NCBI GenBank assembly: GCA_964016885.1 | Contig: OZ024745.1 | Location: 83,266,001 to 83,330,000 of the forward strand | Direction: 5' to 3' | Origin: Eledone cirrhosa | Lineage: Eukaryota | Length of the DNA stretch: 64,000 bases | Part shown: piece after piece, positions 11,315 through 23,932 of the stretch | Position numbering within the stretch: the stretch's first letter is position 1 | Layout of the letters: each line of letters starts with the position of its first letter | Position numbers and translations under genes: made by a program | Notes under the pieces: model-generated | What the model saw: the letters and a program-made list of their open reading frames with translations, nothing else | Database searches by the model: none | Told to the model about the DNA's origin: nothing

Positions 11315-13298
11315 ATGGAAATTTTCGACCTTGAAACGGTAAACAACGTTCAGGTCAAAAGTTTAAAGGCAGCCACTGCAGATTTCACCACGACTACGAC
11401 GGCTACAGTTATGCCTGTCATCCACTCTACTGAATGTGAAGGCAAAACTAAAAAGCTACCATTACAATCATCTGGCATAGCAGCAGTATCATCTGAAAAC
11501 GACATCACCATCACCGCCACCACCACCACCACCACAACAACAACAACTCAGAGCAATAACGACAAAAACACCGACAGCTTCAATGTAAACAAGGATGGCG
11601 GTGGCAACAGCAAGAATGACAACAACAACAATAAGAGCATCAGAAACACCACATTTGCTGCAGCAGCAGCAGCAAAAACAAAGCGCTTATTGAATATCGA
11701 TATTGATATTAGCGATAAAGACGAACAGTTAGCCAAAGCGTGGAGGCTAATTAAACGGGAGAAGTCCTGGGCAAACCTGACCATCCCGGACGAGGCAATA
11801 GCGGCCATGCAAAGGAGGACGGTGCTCTTTCGATGTATTTCGGTGCAGACACGAAAAGTGGAACTTGCGAGCCAAGCAGAGGTAGAGGCTGCGTTGGAGT
11901 ACATCGGAAGTAACATAGAGTACAAAGCAAGAGGCAAACAGTTCGGTACCATCTCGGTACTGTTCAAATCCGAGGCCCTCGCTATTAAGCACTCGGTGAT
12001 CCCCTGCAGAACGGAACGCATTTTCATGCATCCGTTCTATATGGGTAAAAGGACAGTGAAGGTACGCATTCCCAGCATCCCACCAGGAATGAACATATGG
12101 TGGCTGCTGGGATGCGTAATCGAGGAGGGGACAGACACCACCCTCCTGGACATCAAAAGGACAGAGAGAGAAGACTGGTCTGGAATGGATTTGGAGATTC
12201 TTCTCCAAATGAAACCGGAGGATATAAATAACATCCCAGATTTTGCCCGCCTGCAGGACGAGACAACAATCCAACTAATGATTGACGGAAGAAGGCCACG
12301 CTGCTTCGTTTGCGGGGAAGCCAAGCATCTTCAAGCCTTCTGCCCTCAGCGCAAAAATGCAGGGGGTCGCAAACCTCCTTTGTTGCCAACGCCAGTGTCA
12401 GCACGGAAAGCTGCACCACCACCACCACCACCAAAAACAACATCAACAAAAACACGGACACCAACATCAAAAGCAGCCGGATCACCACCAACACCAAAAT
12501 CAATCCAAGGAGAAAACGAGGAAAGCTCTCCCACTCCCCCTACCCCCCCCCCCAACTATATACATAGACAAAAAAAATAAACGCACACACAGACACAGAG
12601 ACACTCACAGACACAGACCCTTTGTCTTCCAGCAGCGAAGATGAAGGAAAACCCAAAAGTGCAAAAAAACAGAGAAAACTCACACAAAAAAAAAGCCCCT
12701 ACAAAACACAAGAACACACACAACAAAAAATACAGACACCACTAACGCAGACACTTCCCCAATAACATCAGCACCATCAGCAACATCGACACCACCTCCA
12801 CAATCCCCGAAACGCAAACAACCTAAACAAACACAAGTACAAATAAACACACAAATACCTAAAATTGCAGACACCACACCTACAACAAACATAGACATAC
12901 CCGAAACAACACCACCAAAACCATCGCCACCACCTTCACCAAAACGAAAACAAATAAAACCACACCAACAAAATGTTAAAAACTTCGTGCTTGTCAGAAG
13001 GGCCAACGATAAACTGATGGCCCTCTTAGCGCGAAGCGAGGACATTCAAACAGAGGGGGAGATTTTTGAAATGAGCACATTTTGCGTGCCAGAAGATTTG
13101 CTTCTGGTCCGAATGTCACTCAATTCTTTCAAAGAAACTCGAGAGAGCTTTCCTCAAGACGTGGGAAACCCGAATGTGAAACCCACATCAAGACTTTTAA
13201 AGGGGTTCCCAAAAGAAACCCCACCAACCATGGAGGTCGAAGCACCCGATCTTCACAAGACCCGGGAGGTAAGTAAACCTTCCCTCTCTCTCTCTTAG
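11315..13298 (+). pseudogene. Tx1 ORF1 (gag-like CX2CX4HX4C zinc knuckle, Pro/Thr-rich), two frameshifts in A-runs
   Basis: ORF 11315-12580 contains CFVCGEAKHLQAFC. Reading continues in other frames after A-runs at ~12570-12578 and ~12686-12694 to the stop at 13298. Confidence 0.85.
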
Positions 13299-13307
13299 CT
13301 TACCAAT

Positions 13308-16300
13308 ATGGCCATATTAAGAGTAGGAAGTTTAAATGTTCGCGGCCTGGGGTCACCCTGGAAGCAGGGTCGCCTGCTCAACGACCTCCGGTCGCTGGAA
13401 ATGGATGTGATTGCCGTAAGCGAGACCAGAATTTCCGACACGCGTGCACTAGCCCCCATTTTCGACGACTATCAGATCTTCGCATCTGTTAGCAAGCCAG
13501 GAATGGGGGGTGGGGTGGCAGTGCTGTTTAGGAAAGGACTGGATCTCGAGGTAAGGTGGATCTTCCGGGACCCGGACGGTAAGTTGGTGGTCTTGGATGT
13601 GTGCAGTAGCGAAGGTGGTGCCTTTAAACTGCTGGCCGCCTACGCCCCTACAGGGGCCGGACGACCTGACTTCTTTAGGCGCCTGGAGACCTTTCTGGGT
13701 ACGTCTCGCCCTTTACTGTTAGCGGGGGACTGGAATGGCATCTTAGACGCACGCTGGGATTGTGTGGGAGTAGCCGATAGGAGCGGGGGGTGCAAAAGCC
13801 TCAAGCACCTACTCAGCCAGTTCCAACTGTCTGACAGGTATCGACTAGATTTTCCCCAATGTGCCAGTATGGACATGGACCAACCGAATGGGGTCATCTA
13901 GATCGTATATAGACAGAATCTTCATTAGGAAAATAGATAGAAATAGTGTGGGCTGTCCACTTTTTAAAACGGTCGCCTATTCAGATCACAAATTTGTGAT
14001 CTGTACGGTCGACCTAAATAAAACGCGTAGGTTAGGACCGGGTTACTGGAAGCTGAACATGTCATTTCCGGCACGTAAGGCTTACAGGGACCGAGTCAAT
14101 AAGTTAGGTAAGCAAATGTTGACAGGGGGGATCATCAACAACAGATGGTGGGGGGATCTCAAAAGAGAGATTAGAGTAACTTCGATAGAGTTCAGCAAAG
14201 AACTAGCGTTAGAGAAAAATAGAAAGGAGGGGGAGCTGGTAGATAAGTTAGATGAGGCTATTTGTAGTGGCATCGCAACTGACGTGCTAGCGGCGAGAAT
14301 GGCATTAGACCATTTCTTCAATGCCAAACACGAAGGTTGCATTGTCAGAGCTAAGGCGCGTGCGCTGAGAAACGAGGGAACTAAAGCTGTTCGATGGGCC
14401 CGCGTGGCGGAGGCGCAGCGTGGTAATAAAACCACAATTCGGTCTTTGGCGGACCGAAACGGACACGAGATAAGCGATTCCAAGCGGATGTGTGAGGCCT
14501 TTCGCCAGCACTTTGCTCGGTTGTTCGGGGAGTGTGGCGGGTCAGAGAGAGTAGCGGATTTCAGTCCCTACCTTGACGGCTTGCCGCGCATCTCGACGGT
14601 CGACGCTGAGCGCTGCGAAAGGTCGATTACTTCAGCCGAAATTCAGGACGCCCTTGTCGGCTGCATGAAGCGCAAGTCAACAGGCTTGGATGGCCTGCCC
14701 TACGAGCTTTACGTAAATATGCCAGACTTGTTCTCCGAACTCCTTGAAGCACTCTACTGTAACTGGCAGCAGAATGGGAGTATTCCCAGTTCTGTGAGCA
14801 GGGGAGTGGTGACGCTGATAAGGAAAGACGAGAACAAGAGGGATACATTAGACAACTTCAGGCCCATAACTCTGCTCAACACAGAGTTTAAGATTTTGGC
14901 CAAGGTGTTAGCAAAGAGATTGGCGCTTGTCGTCGAGGATTTGGTTGGGGAGGCGCAAACTTGCGCAATCCCAGCCAGGTCCATACACGACAATCTCCAC
15001 CTCATGCGATACATCATAGAGAGGGTAGGGTGTAAACCTGGCTTCGGTGGGGCACTGATCAATTTAGATCAATCGAAAGCATTCGATAGGGTCGACCATC
15101 GGTATCTGGAGTTTGTCCTCAAAGCAGCTGGCTTCGGCCCTGTCTTTAGAAGCTGGATCGTTGCAATGCACAGCGGCACACGCTCGGTGGTCAAAGTTAA
15201 TGGCCACCTCTCGGAACCATTTCGGCTCTCCCGATCGGTCCGTCAAGGGTGTCCTCTCTCTTCCCTTCTGTACGTATTGACTCTCGAGCCTTTACTGCGG
15301 AAGCTGGAGCTGTTGCAGGGCATCCCGCTCGAACCGGGACGTGGAAAGGCGGTGTCGGCTTATGCGGACGACATCACCGTGATGGTGTCGAACACCTCAG
15401 AAATCGAGGTGGTCGGCACCTTATTGAAAGAATATGAAAGGTTGACAGGAGCCAAACTTAACCCGGCAAAGTCGGTGGGCTTGCAGCTCGGAACCTGGAG
15501 AGGCAAGCCCATGCCGTCCAACTACGTCGTGGGGTGCTGGACGGACGGACCAGTAAAGTTGCTCGGGGTTGGGTTCGGACCAGACCTCCAGGTGGAAAAG
15601 AATTGGGACGAGGTAACGAGCAGAGTAGCCAGTCTCACCCAAAAATGGGCTGGGAGGAAGCTATCACTGAAAGGTCGCGCGGAGGTGGCGAATGCGTACA
15701 TCGCGTCCGTCATCTATTACCGCCTAACCGTCGTGCCTTGCCCCCGTCCGCGCCTCGTCAAGTTGGAACGGCTCCTCTTCAAATTCTTGTGGAGGGGACA
15801 AGTTCCGTTGGTGAGGCGGTTCATCTGCTGCCAGCACCCTCTACACGGAGGGCTGGGCATGCCGTGGCTAATGATGCGCAGACATGCGTTGAGGCTGCGA
15901 CATCTCCAGATATTCTGCCTCAATGGTGAACAGGTGTGGTCGCCGTTTATCAGACGGGCCTTTCCGCAGCTCATTTCTTTGACTGAGCTGCAGTCCTGGG
16001 TTAAGAAGAGACCGAGACTGGGTGACTGGCACCTGGAATGTTGCCAGGCACTCACTGCCCTCTACCAAGCGGGCAATGCGATCAGTGGAACTTCCACTCT
16101 CGAGTTTTATAGAGGATTAGTGGTGGGCAAGTGCGATGACGCACTCGGAGAAGCTTTGGGCCTCGACGAAGTTGAACTGACCAGTCTGTACCGGAGGACT
16201 TTTGAGCCGGGGACGATGGACAATTTCCAGAAATCCCTCGCTTGGCAGTGCTACCGGGGGGCACTGCAGGTTCGGGATAAACTCTACAGGCACGGAAGTG

Positions 16301-16731
16301 CTGTCAGACGGACCTGCCCAAGATGCGCACAGAACGACGAAACCGTTCTGCACGCACTTGTCCAATGTCCGTGCATTACTGACTTGTGGAGTTATGTCGA
16401 ACAGCTACTGTCGCGTGTGGAACGAATCCAGTTATCGGCCGAGTCCATAGTGAAGATCGAGCCGCCACCTTCCTTAGGTCAGGAAGAGCAGGACATTTTC
16501 CTCTGTCTGGTGGCAATTGCGAAAGAGATTATATGGTGGACCAGGTTGAAAGGACTAAAGACAGACACTTTTCTCTTCGGCCAATCCCTCATCAACTTCT
16601 TCAATTTTCACCTGGAAAGGAGGGTAAGGGTGGAGAGAGAAGTGCTGCCCCCCAGTACATTTGCTAAAAGGTGGGTGAATGTAGCAAGAATGGCTCGTGT
16701 GAATGGGCCTACTCTGACCATACGCCTATAG
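13308..16731 (+). CDS. Tx1 ORF2: AP endonuclease - reverse transcriptase - C-terminal Cys/His motif; single +1 frameshift at ~13855
   Basis: APE motifs SLNVRGL, SET, YAP, GDWN, SYIDR and SDH. RT motifs FRPITLLN, LDQSKAFD, RQGCPLS and YADD. C-terminal CPRC..ETVLHALVQC. Confidence 0.92.
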
Positions 16732-17248
16732 ACTAGCTAACTTAAGGAGAGGGGTGCTCTCCTGGGTGCCCTAGAAGCGCAGGGTGGTTCAGGATTGGTG
16801 GGGTACCCGAATCACCCCAGGGTCGTCCACCCCCTATCGGGGAATTTATTTTGTTATATTTTGCATAGTTTATTTTATATTTTATATTTTCATTGTTAAA
16901 TTAGTCTTGCCATTGTGCACTTTCACTCGACCTTATTGTAAACCCCCACTGTCCCTGTCTTTGTATTGTCCCCTAAATGTCGGCCCTTGTGGCTAATAAA
17001 TGAAATCATTATTATTATTATTATTATTATTGAATGCCATGGTTGACGGAGGCTCGGCTCTGTAAGGTATAGTAATTTTTAACCGTTAAAACAATTGTAA
17101 ATTGTTTAAAACTTGTACCAAATTGTTGATAAAGACACCCTCCTCCTCGTGAGAGGGGTCTTTCTGTCCGTTATTTGGCCCTTCGGGGGTTAAATAACCA
17201 GTTATTGGGGTTTTGTACCCAAAATTTCATTTTAAACAAAAAAACAAC

Positions 17249-19345
17249 ATGGCTACGAAAAAGAAATTTCATACGTCACTCCCACTCATTCCGTCTTCTT
17301 CTTCCTCAATCATCACTACAGCAGAGAGAAGATTGTCTCTCTCCCTCCCTTCTTTAAATGTGTCTCTCTCCCTCCCTTCTCTTTCGCAAGTGACGAAAGA
17401 AAAGAAAAGTCTCGTGCAAAGCGTGCAAGGTTTCTCCACGACGACGACGACAGCGACGAAACAGGTGTGCGGGAAATACGAAAACCCAGTTCATTCGTCT
17501 GACGTCAGGAATAATATCAGTAGCAGCCGTAATAACAACAGCAACAGTGACAATGAAAACAACAGTAGCAGCCGCAACAGCATCACCAGCAGCATAAACA
17601 ACAACAGCATTAGCAGCAGCAACACCAACAACAACCACAGCAACAGCGGCGGAGGCAGTAGTCGTAGTACCTGCAGCAACAACAAAAGTACCAGCAGCTC
17701 TGACGACAACAACAACAGCAGAGAAAAACCAATCTCATTTGCAGGTATTGCGAAAAACTTGGAAACAATCCTCATAACAAATGAGGAATTAGAGGAAGCG
17801 AAGAAGATGGTGACAAAGAACGGACACCGAGCAATCTGCAAGGCAGCGGAAAAATTTTTCGAAACCCAAGAGCACTGTACGGTCACGTACCGTACAGTAA
17901 GTACAAAATCCCGTAGGGTGGAAAGAGCCACAGAGGCCCAAATACAAAAAGCCTTGGGGTCTGTGTGGCAGCGGAAAACGCACATCACCCGAGGCAAAAA
18001 ATATGCCACCGTAGACGTACTTTTTGCCACACCCCAGGAGGCAAAGGCCCAATCAGTAGTGACCCTAAGGAGCGAGGAAATGGTGTTGGTGCCCTCCTAC
18101 TGCGGGCAAAAAATTGTGAGGGTCAAACTGACCCACGTCCCCCCCGGAATGACCCCTTCTTGGCTGGCCGCGTCTGTCCTCGTCGGAATCGAGGACAAAA
18201 CAACTGTACTGCAAGTACAGAAAAAAGTAAGAGAAGATTGGGTCGGCCCCTCCATTGAGATGCTAATCCAAACCAACCAGGAGTGCATCGAAGCTATCCC
18301 GGATGTGATAGACTTCGATAACGGCACTCAACTGCCCATAAGTGTTGAGGGCAAACGCCCGAAATGCTTTCGCTGTGGATCGAAGACTCACCTCAGGGCC
18401 TTCTGCAACGAGAAGACCCTGAGAAAGGAGAAAACCCCCCTCCTTCCGAATCCGGCTCCACGGCTACCAGCAACAGGACAAGCGGCAACCAGGAACGATA
18501 GGTCCGTGGCACCCATACCCACTCCACGGAAATCAAAAACAGCAGCAGCAGTGGAAATATTAACAACAACAACAGCAATACCAAATGCAGCTGCAACAGA
18601 GACTCCAGTGCAAACATCACCAACAACAACAAGTGAAAGAGTGGAGCTGGTACCCCTCCCCGACCTCACAGAATCAGACATGGAGTGTGAGGTGGGAGAG
18701 GGATGGCAAAAGGTCGCAAGAAGGCACAAACGCAGAAGCAGCGCATCGTCGCCTTTGAAAAGGGAGGAAAGAAATGAGAAAAGGGTAAAGTCTACTGCAA
18801 AGAGACCCACAGCAGCAACACCACCAACACCATCACCACCCACACCAGCACCACCATCACCACCGGCGACAACCCCACCGCCAACAACACCTTCAACACC
18901 ACCACCACAAGCACCAACATCGCAAACACAACAACAAAACACACACACCCTGCAACAACGACAAGAAAATAGCAGAACCACACCCCACCCCCAGAAAAAC
19001 AAATGCACGGCAATAAACACACACAACAAGAAACTAATGACTTACATAATTGAACACACAGACATTTCACAACAGGACTACATAATACCAGCACCAATCA
19101 AAACGCCAACTAACATAAGACTGCTAAAAATAGCACAGAAACAATACACAAACATTAAAACGAAATTCCCCAACGCAGTTGGTGATTTCAGGGACCTAGG
19201 AGGAACCATCAATCGAAGAGTATATTCAGACATTCTCTTAGAAGAGCCGACGACCAGCCGAAGGGACGATTCAACGGTCCCTTCACCAGACGATCAAGTG
19301 AAAAGGGATGTAAAAACCATCCCTCCTCTACCAAAAGTACGGTAA
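17249..19345 (+). CDS. Tx1 ORF1, intact reading frame (zinc knuckle CFRCGSKTHLRAFC; Ser/Asn- and Pro/Thr-rich tracts)
   Basis: Open frame 17213-19345 with first ATG at 17249. Central domain is homologous to ORF1 of copy 2. Confidence 0.88.
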   Translation: MATKKKFHTSLPLIPSSSSSIITTAERRLSLSLPSLNVSLSLPSLSQVTKEKKSLVQSVQGFSTTTTTATKQVCGKYENPVHSSDVRNNISSSRNNNSNSDNENNSSSRNSITSSINNNSISSSNTNNNHSNSGGGSSRSTCSNNKSTSSSDDNNNSREKPISFAGIAKNLETILITNEELEEAKKMVTKNGHRAICKAAEKFFETQEHCTVTYRTVSTKSRRVERATEAQIQKALGSVWQRKTHITRGKKYATVDVLFATPQEAKAQSVVTLRSEEMVLVPSYCGQKIVRVKLTHVPPGMTPSWLAASVLVGIEDKTTVLQVQKKVREDWVGPSIEMLIQTNQECIEAIPDVIDFDNGTQLPISVEGKRPKCFRCGSKTHLRAFCNEKTLRKEKTPLLPNPAPRLPATGQAATRNDRSVAPIPTPRKSKTAAAVEILTTTTAIPNAAATETPVQTSPTTTSERVELVPLPDLTESDMECEVGEGWQKVARRHKRRSSASSPLKREERNEKRVKSTAKRPTAATPPTPSPPTPAPPSPPATTPPPTTPSTPPPQAPTSQTQQQNTHTLQQRQENSRTTPHPQKNKCTAINTHNKKLMTYIIEHTDISQQDYIIPAPIKTPTNIRLLKIAQKQYTNIKTKFPNAVGDFRDLGGTINRRVYSDILLEEPTTSRRDDSTVPSPDDQVKRDVKTIPPLPKVR

Positions 19346-19380
19346 GTGGTCTTTCCCATCTTTTCCACTCTATTTTAAAC

Positions 19381-22048
19381 ATGACCTCACTCAGAATAAG
19401 CAGCATAAATGCGCGTGGCTTGGGGTCGTCATGGAAGCAGGGTCACCTGCTCAACGACCTCAGGTCACTAAACATAGATCTGGTGGCCATCAGCGAAACC
19501 AGAATCTCCGAAGCACGGGCCTTCGCACCGATCTTCGGCGGCTACGATGTGTACGCATCTCCCAGCCGTCCTGGATCGTGTGGAAGAGTTGCTGTGCTTT
19601 TTCGGAGAGGTTTGGATCTCGCCATACGGGCCATCTTCCTGGACCCAGAGGGTAAGCTGGTGGTGCTGGACGTGACCAGCGGAGACGGGCAAGCTTTCAG
19701 GCTAGTGGCCGTCTATGCCCCGACAGGAGCAGGGCGGCCTGATTTCTTCCGGCGTCTGGAGACCTTTCTTGGAACGTCCCGCTCTTTAGTTTTAGTGGGC
19801 GACTGGAACGGGATCTTAGATGCACGCTGGGACTGTGTGGGATTAGCGGATAGGGGTGGAGGGTGCAAGAGCCTCACCAACCTGCTCAGGCGTTTTGAAC
19901 TGTCTGACAGGTACCGATTGGATTTCCCGAATGTGCCAATGTGGAGTTGGACAAACCGCATAGGGTCATCCAGATCATATCTAGATAGAGTATTTTGTAG
20001 GGAAATAGATAGGTCTAGCATAGGCTGTCCACAATTCAAGATAGTCAGCTACACGGACCACACATTCGTGACCTGTGTGCTTGACTTAGATAGGCTTCAT
20101 AGACGAGGACCCGGCTACTGGAAGCTAAACGCGTCCTTACCAGCGCGCAAGGCCTACAGAGACCGGATTAGCGAACTAGTTAAGCGGGCGTTGACGGGGG
20201 CCATCGTCAACAACAAGTGGTGGTTTGCTCTGAAAAGAGCGATTAGAATAGAATCGATTAGGTTTAGTAAGGCTTTAGCAATAGAGAAAATAGAGCAGAG
20301 GGAGAACTAGTTAGAAAATTAGACGAGGCGCTTAGCAAAGGGATTGCGACCGACGTGCTTGCGGCGAAATTGGCCCTTGACCAATTCTTCAATGCAAAGC
20401 ACGAAGGCTGCGTTGTCAGAGCTAGGGTGCGTGCTCTCAGACACGAGGGGACGAAAGCTGTTCAATGGGCCCGAGTGGCGGAGGCGCGTCGTGGCAACAA
20501 AGCCACGATCCGGTCTTTGGTGGAGTACGACGGGCGCATGCTACTCGATCCCGGGCAAATGTGTGAAGCTTTTCAGCGACACTTCGCTCAGCTGTTCGGG
20601 GGCAGCGGGGGGCCGGGAGAGGGATGGACTTTAGTGTCTACCTCGACGGACTGCCGCGGCTCTCGGCCACTGAGGCGAAGTGTTGCGAAAAGCCGATAAC
20701 AGCCGCTGAAGTAAGGGAGGCAATGACTGGCTGCACAAGCGGTAAATCGCCTGGTTTGGATGGTCTGCCCTATGAACTTTACGTACAGATGCCAGACTTG
20801 TTCGGAGGCCTCTTGGCGGACGTCTACTGCAACTGGCAACAGAACGGGAGAATTCCCAGTTCTGCGAGCCGAGGAGCGGTGGCACTGCTGAGAAAGGATC
20901 CGAACAAGGGGGATAACATAGACAATTTCCGGCCCATAACTCTGCTAAACACAGAGTTCAAGATTTTGGCCAAGGTGCTAGCAAAGAGGTTGGCGCTTGT
21001 CGTTGGTGGTCTGGTGGGAGAGGCGCAGACATGCGCCATTCCCGACAGATCCATCCACGACAACCTCCACCTCATGCGATACATCATAGAGAGGGTAGCT
21101 AAGGAACCTGGCACGGGTGGGTCCTTGATCAATTTAGATCAGTCGAAAGCTTTCGATAGGGTCGACCATCGTTACCTAGCGGCAGTCCTGAGGGCGGCTG
21201 GCTTTGGGCCCGTCTTCAGAGGCTGGATCGCTGCCATGCACAGCGACATCTGCTCTGTGGTGAGAGTGAACGGTCACCTGTCGGAACCGTTCAACATCAT
21301 GCGCTCGGTCCGCCAAGGATGTCCCCTCTCGTCCCTCTTGTACGTATTGACTCTCGAGCCATTACTGCACAAACTGGAGACGTTGAGGGGAGTCCCGCGC
21401 GAACTAGGATGCGGAAGATCCGTGTCAGCATATGCGGACGATGTCATCGTAGTGGTGTCGAACGCCAAACACATCGAGGCGATCGGCACTACACTAAGAG
21501 AATACGAAGCGGTGACAGGAGCAATGATCAACCAGGAAAAGTCGGTGGAAAAGTCCAGGAAAAGTCCAGGAAAAGTCGCCTTGCCAGTTCGGGATAAACT
21601 CTACAGGCATGGAGGTGCCGTCAGCCGGGCATGTCCGAGATGCGCGCAGGGCGACGAAACCGTCCTGCACGCACTCGTCCAGTGTCCGAAAATTGCTGAC
21701 TTGTGGGTTTATGTCGAACACCTGCTGTCGCGTGTAGGACGGATCCGGCTATCATCTGAGTCCATCGTGAGGATTGCCCCGCCCTCCTCCTTTAGCCGGG
21801 AAGGGCAGGCAGTTTTTATCTGTCTGGTGGCCATGGCGAAAGAGATAGTATGGTGGACACGTTTGAAAGGGCTGAAGACGAGCACTTACCTCTTCGGTGA
21901 TGCTCTGATTGACTTTTTCAAATTTCATTTGAAAAGGAAAATCAGAGTAGAGAGGGAAGTGCTCTCTTCCCAGCATTTTGTTGAAAGATGGGTGAGAGAA
22001 GCAAGAATGGCCCGAGTGAATGGGCCTACTCTGAGTATATATCTGTAA
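19381..22048 (+). pseudogene. Tx1 ORF2 (APE-RT) with two frameshifts and a post-RT deletion
   Basis: ORFs 19381-20310, 20355-20699 and 20624-22048. YADD is present. Sequence between INQEKSV and ALPVRDKL is missing relative to copy 5. Confidence 0.92.
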
Positions 22049-22307
22049 ATTAAAGGTGGAAAACTGGGAGAGGGCACTTGCCTTGGTGGTCAGGGTCATT
22101 GTGGCTTTTTACTGGGCTTTCTCCACAAATGTCCCTCCGAAGTCTCCCCCCTATTGGGGAATTTTTCATTGTTATTTTCATTGTTATTTTTGTTACATCC
22201 TCTGTTTTTGTTTTTTACACGCAGAAATGCCCATTTGTACCGTCCTGCATTGTCCAGCACTGTCCTTAATGTCTACTTTATGTAAACCCTTGTGGTTAAT
22301 AAAGAAA

Positions 22308-22358
<51 letters not shown>

Positions 22359-22360
<2 letters not shown>

Positions 22361-22940
22361 CGCTTTCTCTATATTTTAATGTTTCTACCAGTTTTTCCAT
22401 ATGAGCACAGCACTAAATCAAATCACTTGAACTCAGGTGTTCAGCTTTCTGTTAGATGCTGAAATCTTTCTTTTACATGAATACGTTTCAGCCAGTTCGT
22501 CAAACTTCTGTGCACTGTTTCTAAAGTCCCAACTATTATTGGTATTGCATGAACTTTTTTACATTTCTAGATCCGAAAAAATATCATACTTTAAATCATC
22601 ATATCCTTCTACCTTTTCAGTTTCAATTTCCTTTATTCTAAAATCCAATGGGAATGCAATCTCAATTATCTAGCATTCGTCCTTTTTCCCTTAACATACA
22701 CAAGTATATCTAATTTATTGAGCTTTAATTTTTTTATCGGTCTGTATAGGATAATCCCAAAGAATCTTCACCTTCTCGTTCTCCATTAACTTTTTAATCT
22801 TTTGATCATACCACTTGTCTGAGGTTTATAAATTGAACCGACGGTACATCAGTATACATTTTACCTGTTATCTATTCAAATCTTGCTGAGGTCTACTTTG
22901 TCTGGCAGCTCTGCATATTTAATATCATAAAGAACAATCG
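22359..22940 (-). mobile_element. Old R4/Dong-type relic (RLE/C-terminal part)
   Basis: Minus-strand translation SDKWYDQKIKKLMENEKVKILWDYPIQTDKK...IIEIAFPLDFR matches the Dong C-terminus (KWYEH..ENNQVKVLWDFRIQTDKK). Confidence 0.7.
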
Positions 22941-22981
22941 CATACTGGCCTTAATTGTTGGTGTGAGACACCATTATTTAT

Positions 22982-23170
22982 GGTGGTAGATTGGCAGAAT
23001 CGGTAGAGCGTCAGACACCATGCTTTATAGCATAGTTACGTCCCTTTACAGTCTGAGTTCAAATCCCGCCAAGGTTAACTTTGCCTTTCATCCTTACGGG
23101 GTCGATAAAATAAAGTACCAGTAATGTACTGGGTAATTGCTGGCCTTGTGCCTAAAGTAGAAACAATTAT
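22982..23170 (+). mobile_element. Full-length tRNA-derived SINE (Meta-domain-like core)
   Basis: A box TGGCAGAATCGG, B box GAGTTCAAATCC, core GCCTTTCATCCTTACGGGGTCGATAAAATAAAGTACCAG and ATT tail. TSD ATTATTTAT at 22973-22981 and 23166-23174. Confidence 0.88.
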
Positions 23171-23835
23171 TTATATTTGAAATTATCAATGGACATATGC
23201 CGGTAAAAAAAAAACAGTGGTGATATTTAGTTACAAGCCATCTGGGTCAGATTTCAAATCATAGAGATCTAATTTTCGACTTTCATCTTTTGGAGTACCT
23301 GTCGATTAAATGCGTCGATTAAATACACCATCACCATACACATTTGTGAACTGCTTCTATGTTTATCACTCAATATTAATGTCATTGAATTTTTTGTATT
23401 GCTGATGTTCTTGTTATTTTCATCATTAAGATACATTGATGCATCTCTGCGAGGTCATTATCTAATTCAAACTTAGTTTCCGCATGTTAGTCTTGTGATG
23501 TGAGAAAGTTTTCCAATTATTTGTGTACATTCTTTGTTTGATGTCATTGCTTGACTCTACTCATTACGAGTTTATGATATGTTTTCAATGCAAAACATGA
23601 ATTTATTATATATCGTATAGATTTTATAAAAAAAATATAATCAATATTACATTTAATTTGTATCTCATCCTGCTGTCGATTATCAGTGAAAACAATTTCA
23701 TTTCGCTTATATCATTAATGGCTTTGAAAGTCGTTATAAATTGCCACCTGCTGGAGAAAAAATGTATACAACTTGTGGTTAGTCAAATGATGTTACTTAT
23801 TTCATACCGCTACATGAAAAAAGGTTGACTAATAA

Positions 23836-23870
<35 letters not shown>

Positions 23871-23932
23871 GAAGTAGTAGTAGTAGTGATAGTGGTAGTG
23901 GTAGTATTAGTAGTAGTAGTAATGATAATAAT

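Larger units (their letters stand above)
11089..17007 (+). mobile_element. Full-length Tx1/L1-clade retrotransposon copy 2
   Basis: 5'UTR, ORF1, ORF2 and 3'UTR with AATAAA (~16995), between (ATT)n tracts 11031-11088 and 17008-17031. Confidence 0.95.
17032..22309 (+). mobile_element. Full-length Tx1 copy 3 (second subfamily) with ~0.8 kb ORF2 deletion
   Basis: Starts GAATGCCATGG directly after (ATT)n. Contains ORF1, ORF2 and 3'UTR with AATAAA. Tail (ATT)n at 22310-22358. Confidence 0.95.

Noticed and set aside
22982-23070. tRNA gene
   Set aside because: A and B boxes are present, but there is no cloverleaf and it has a SINE core, tail and TSD. It is a SINE head.
23235-23305. Additional SINE copy
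   Set aside because: Only a faint core remnant (GATTTCAAATC...CTTTCATCTTTTGGAG), too degraded to delimit.
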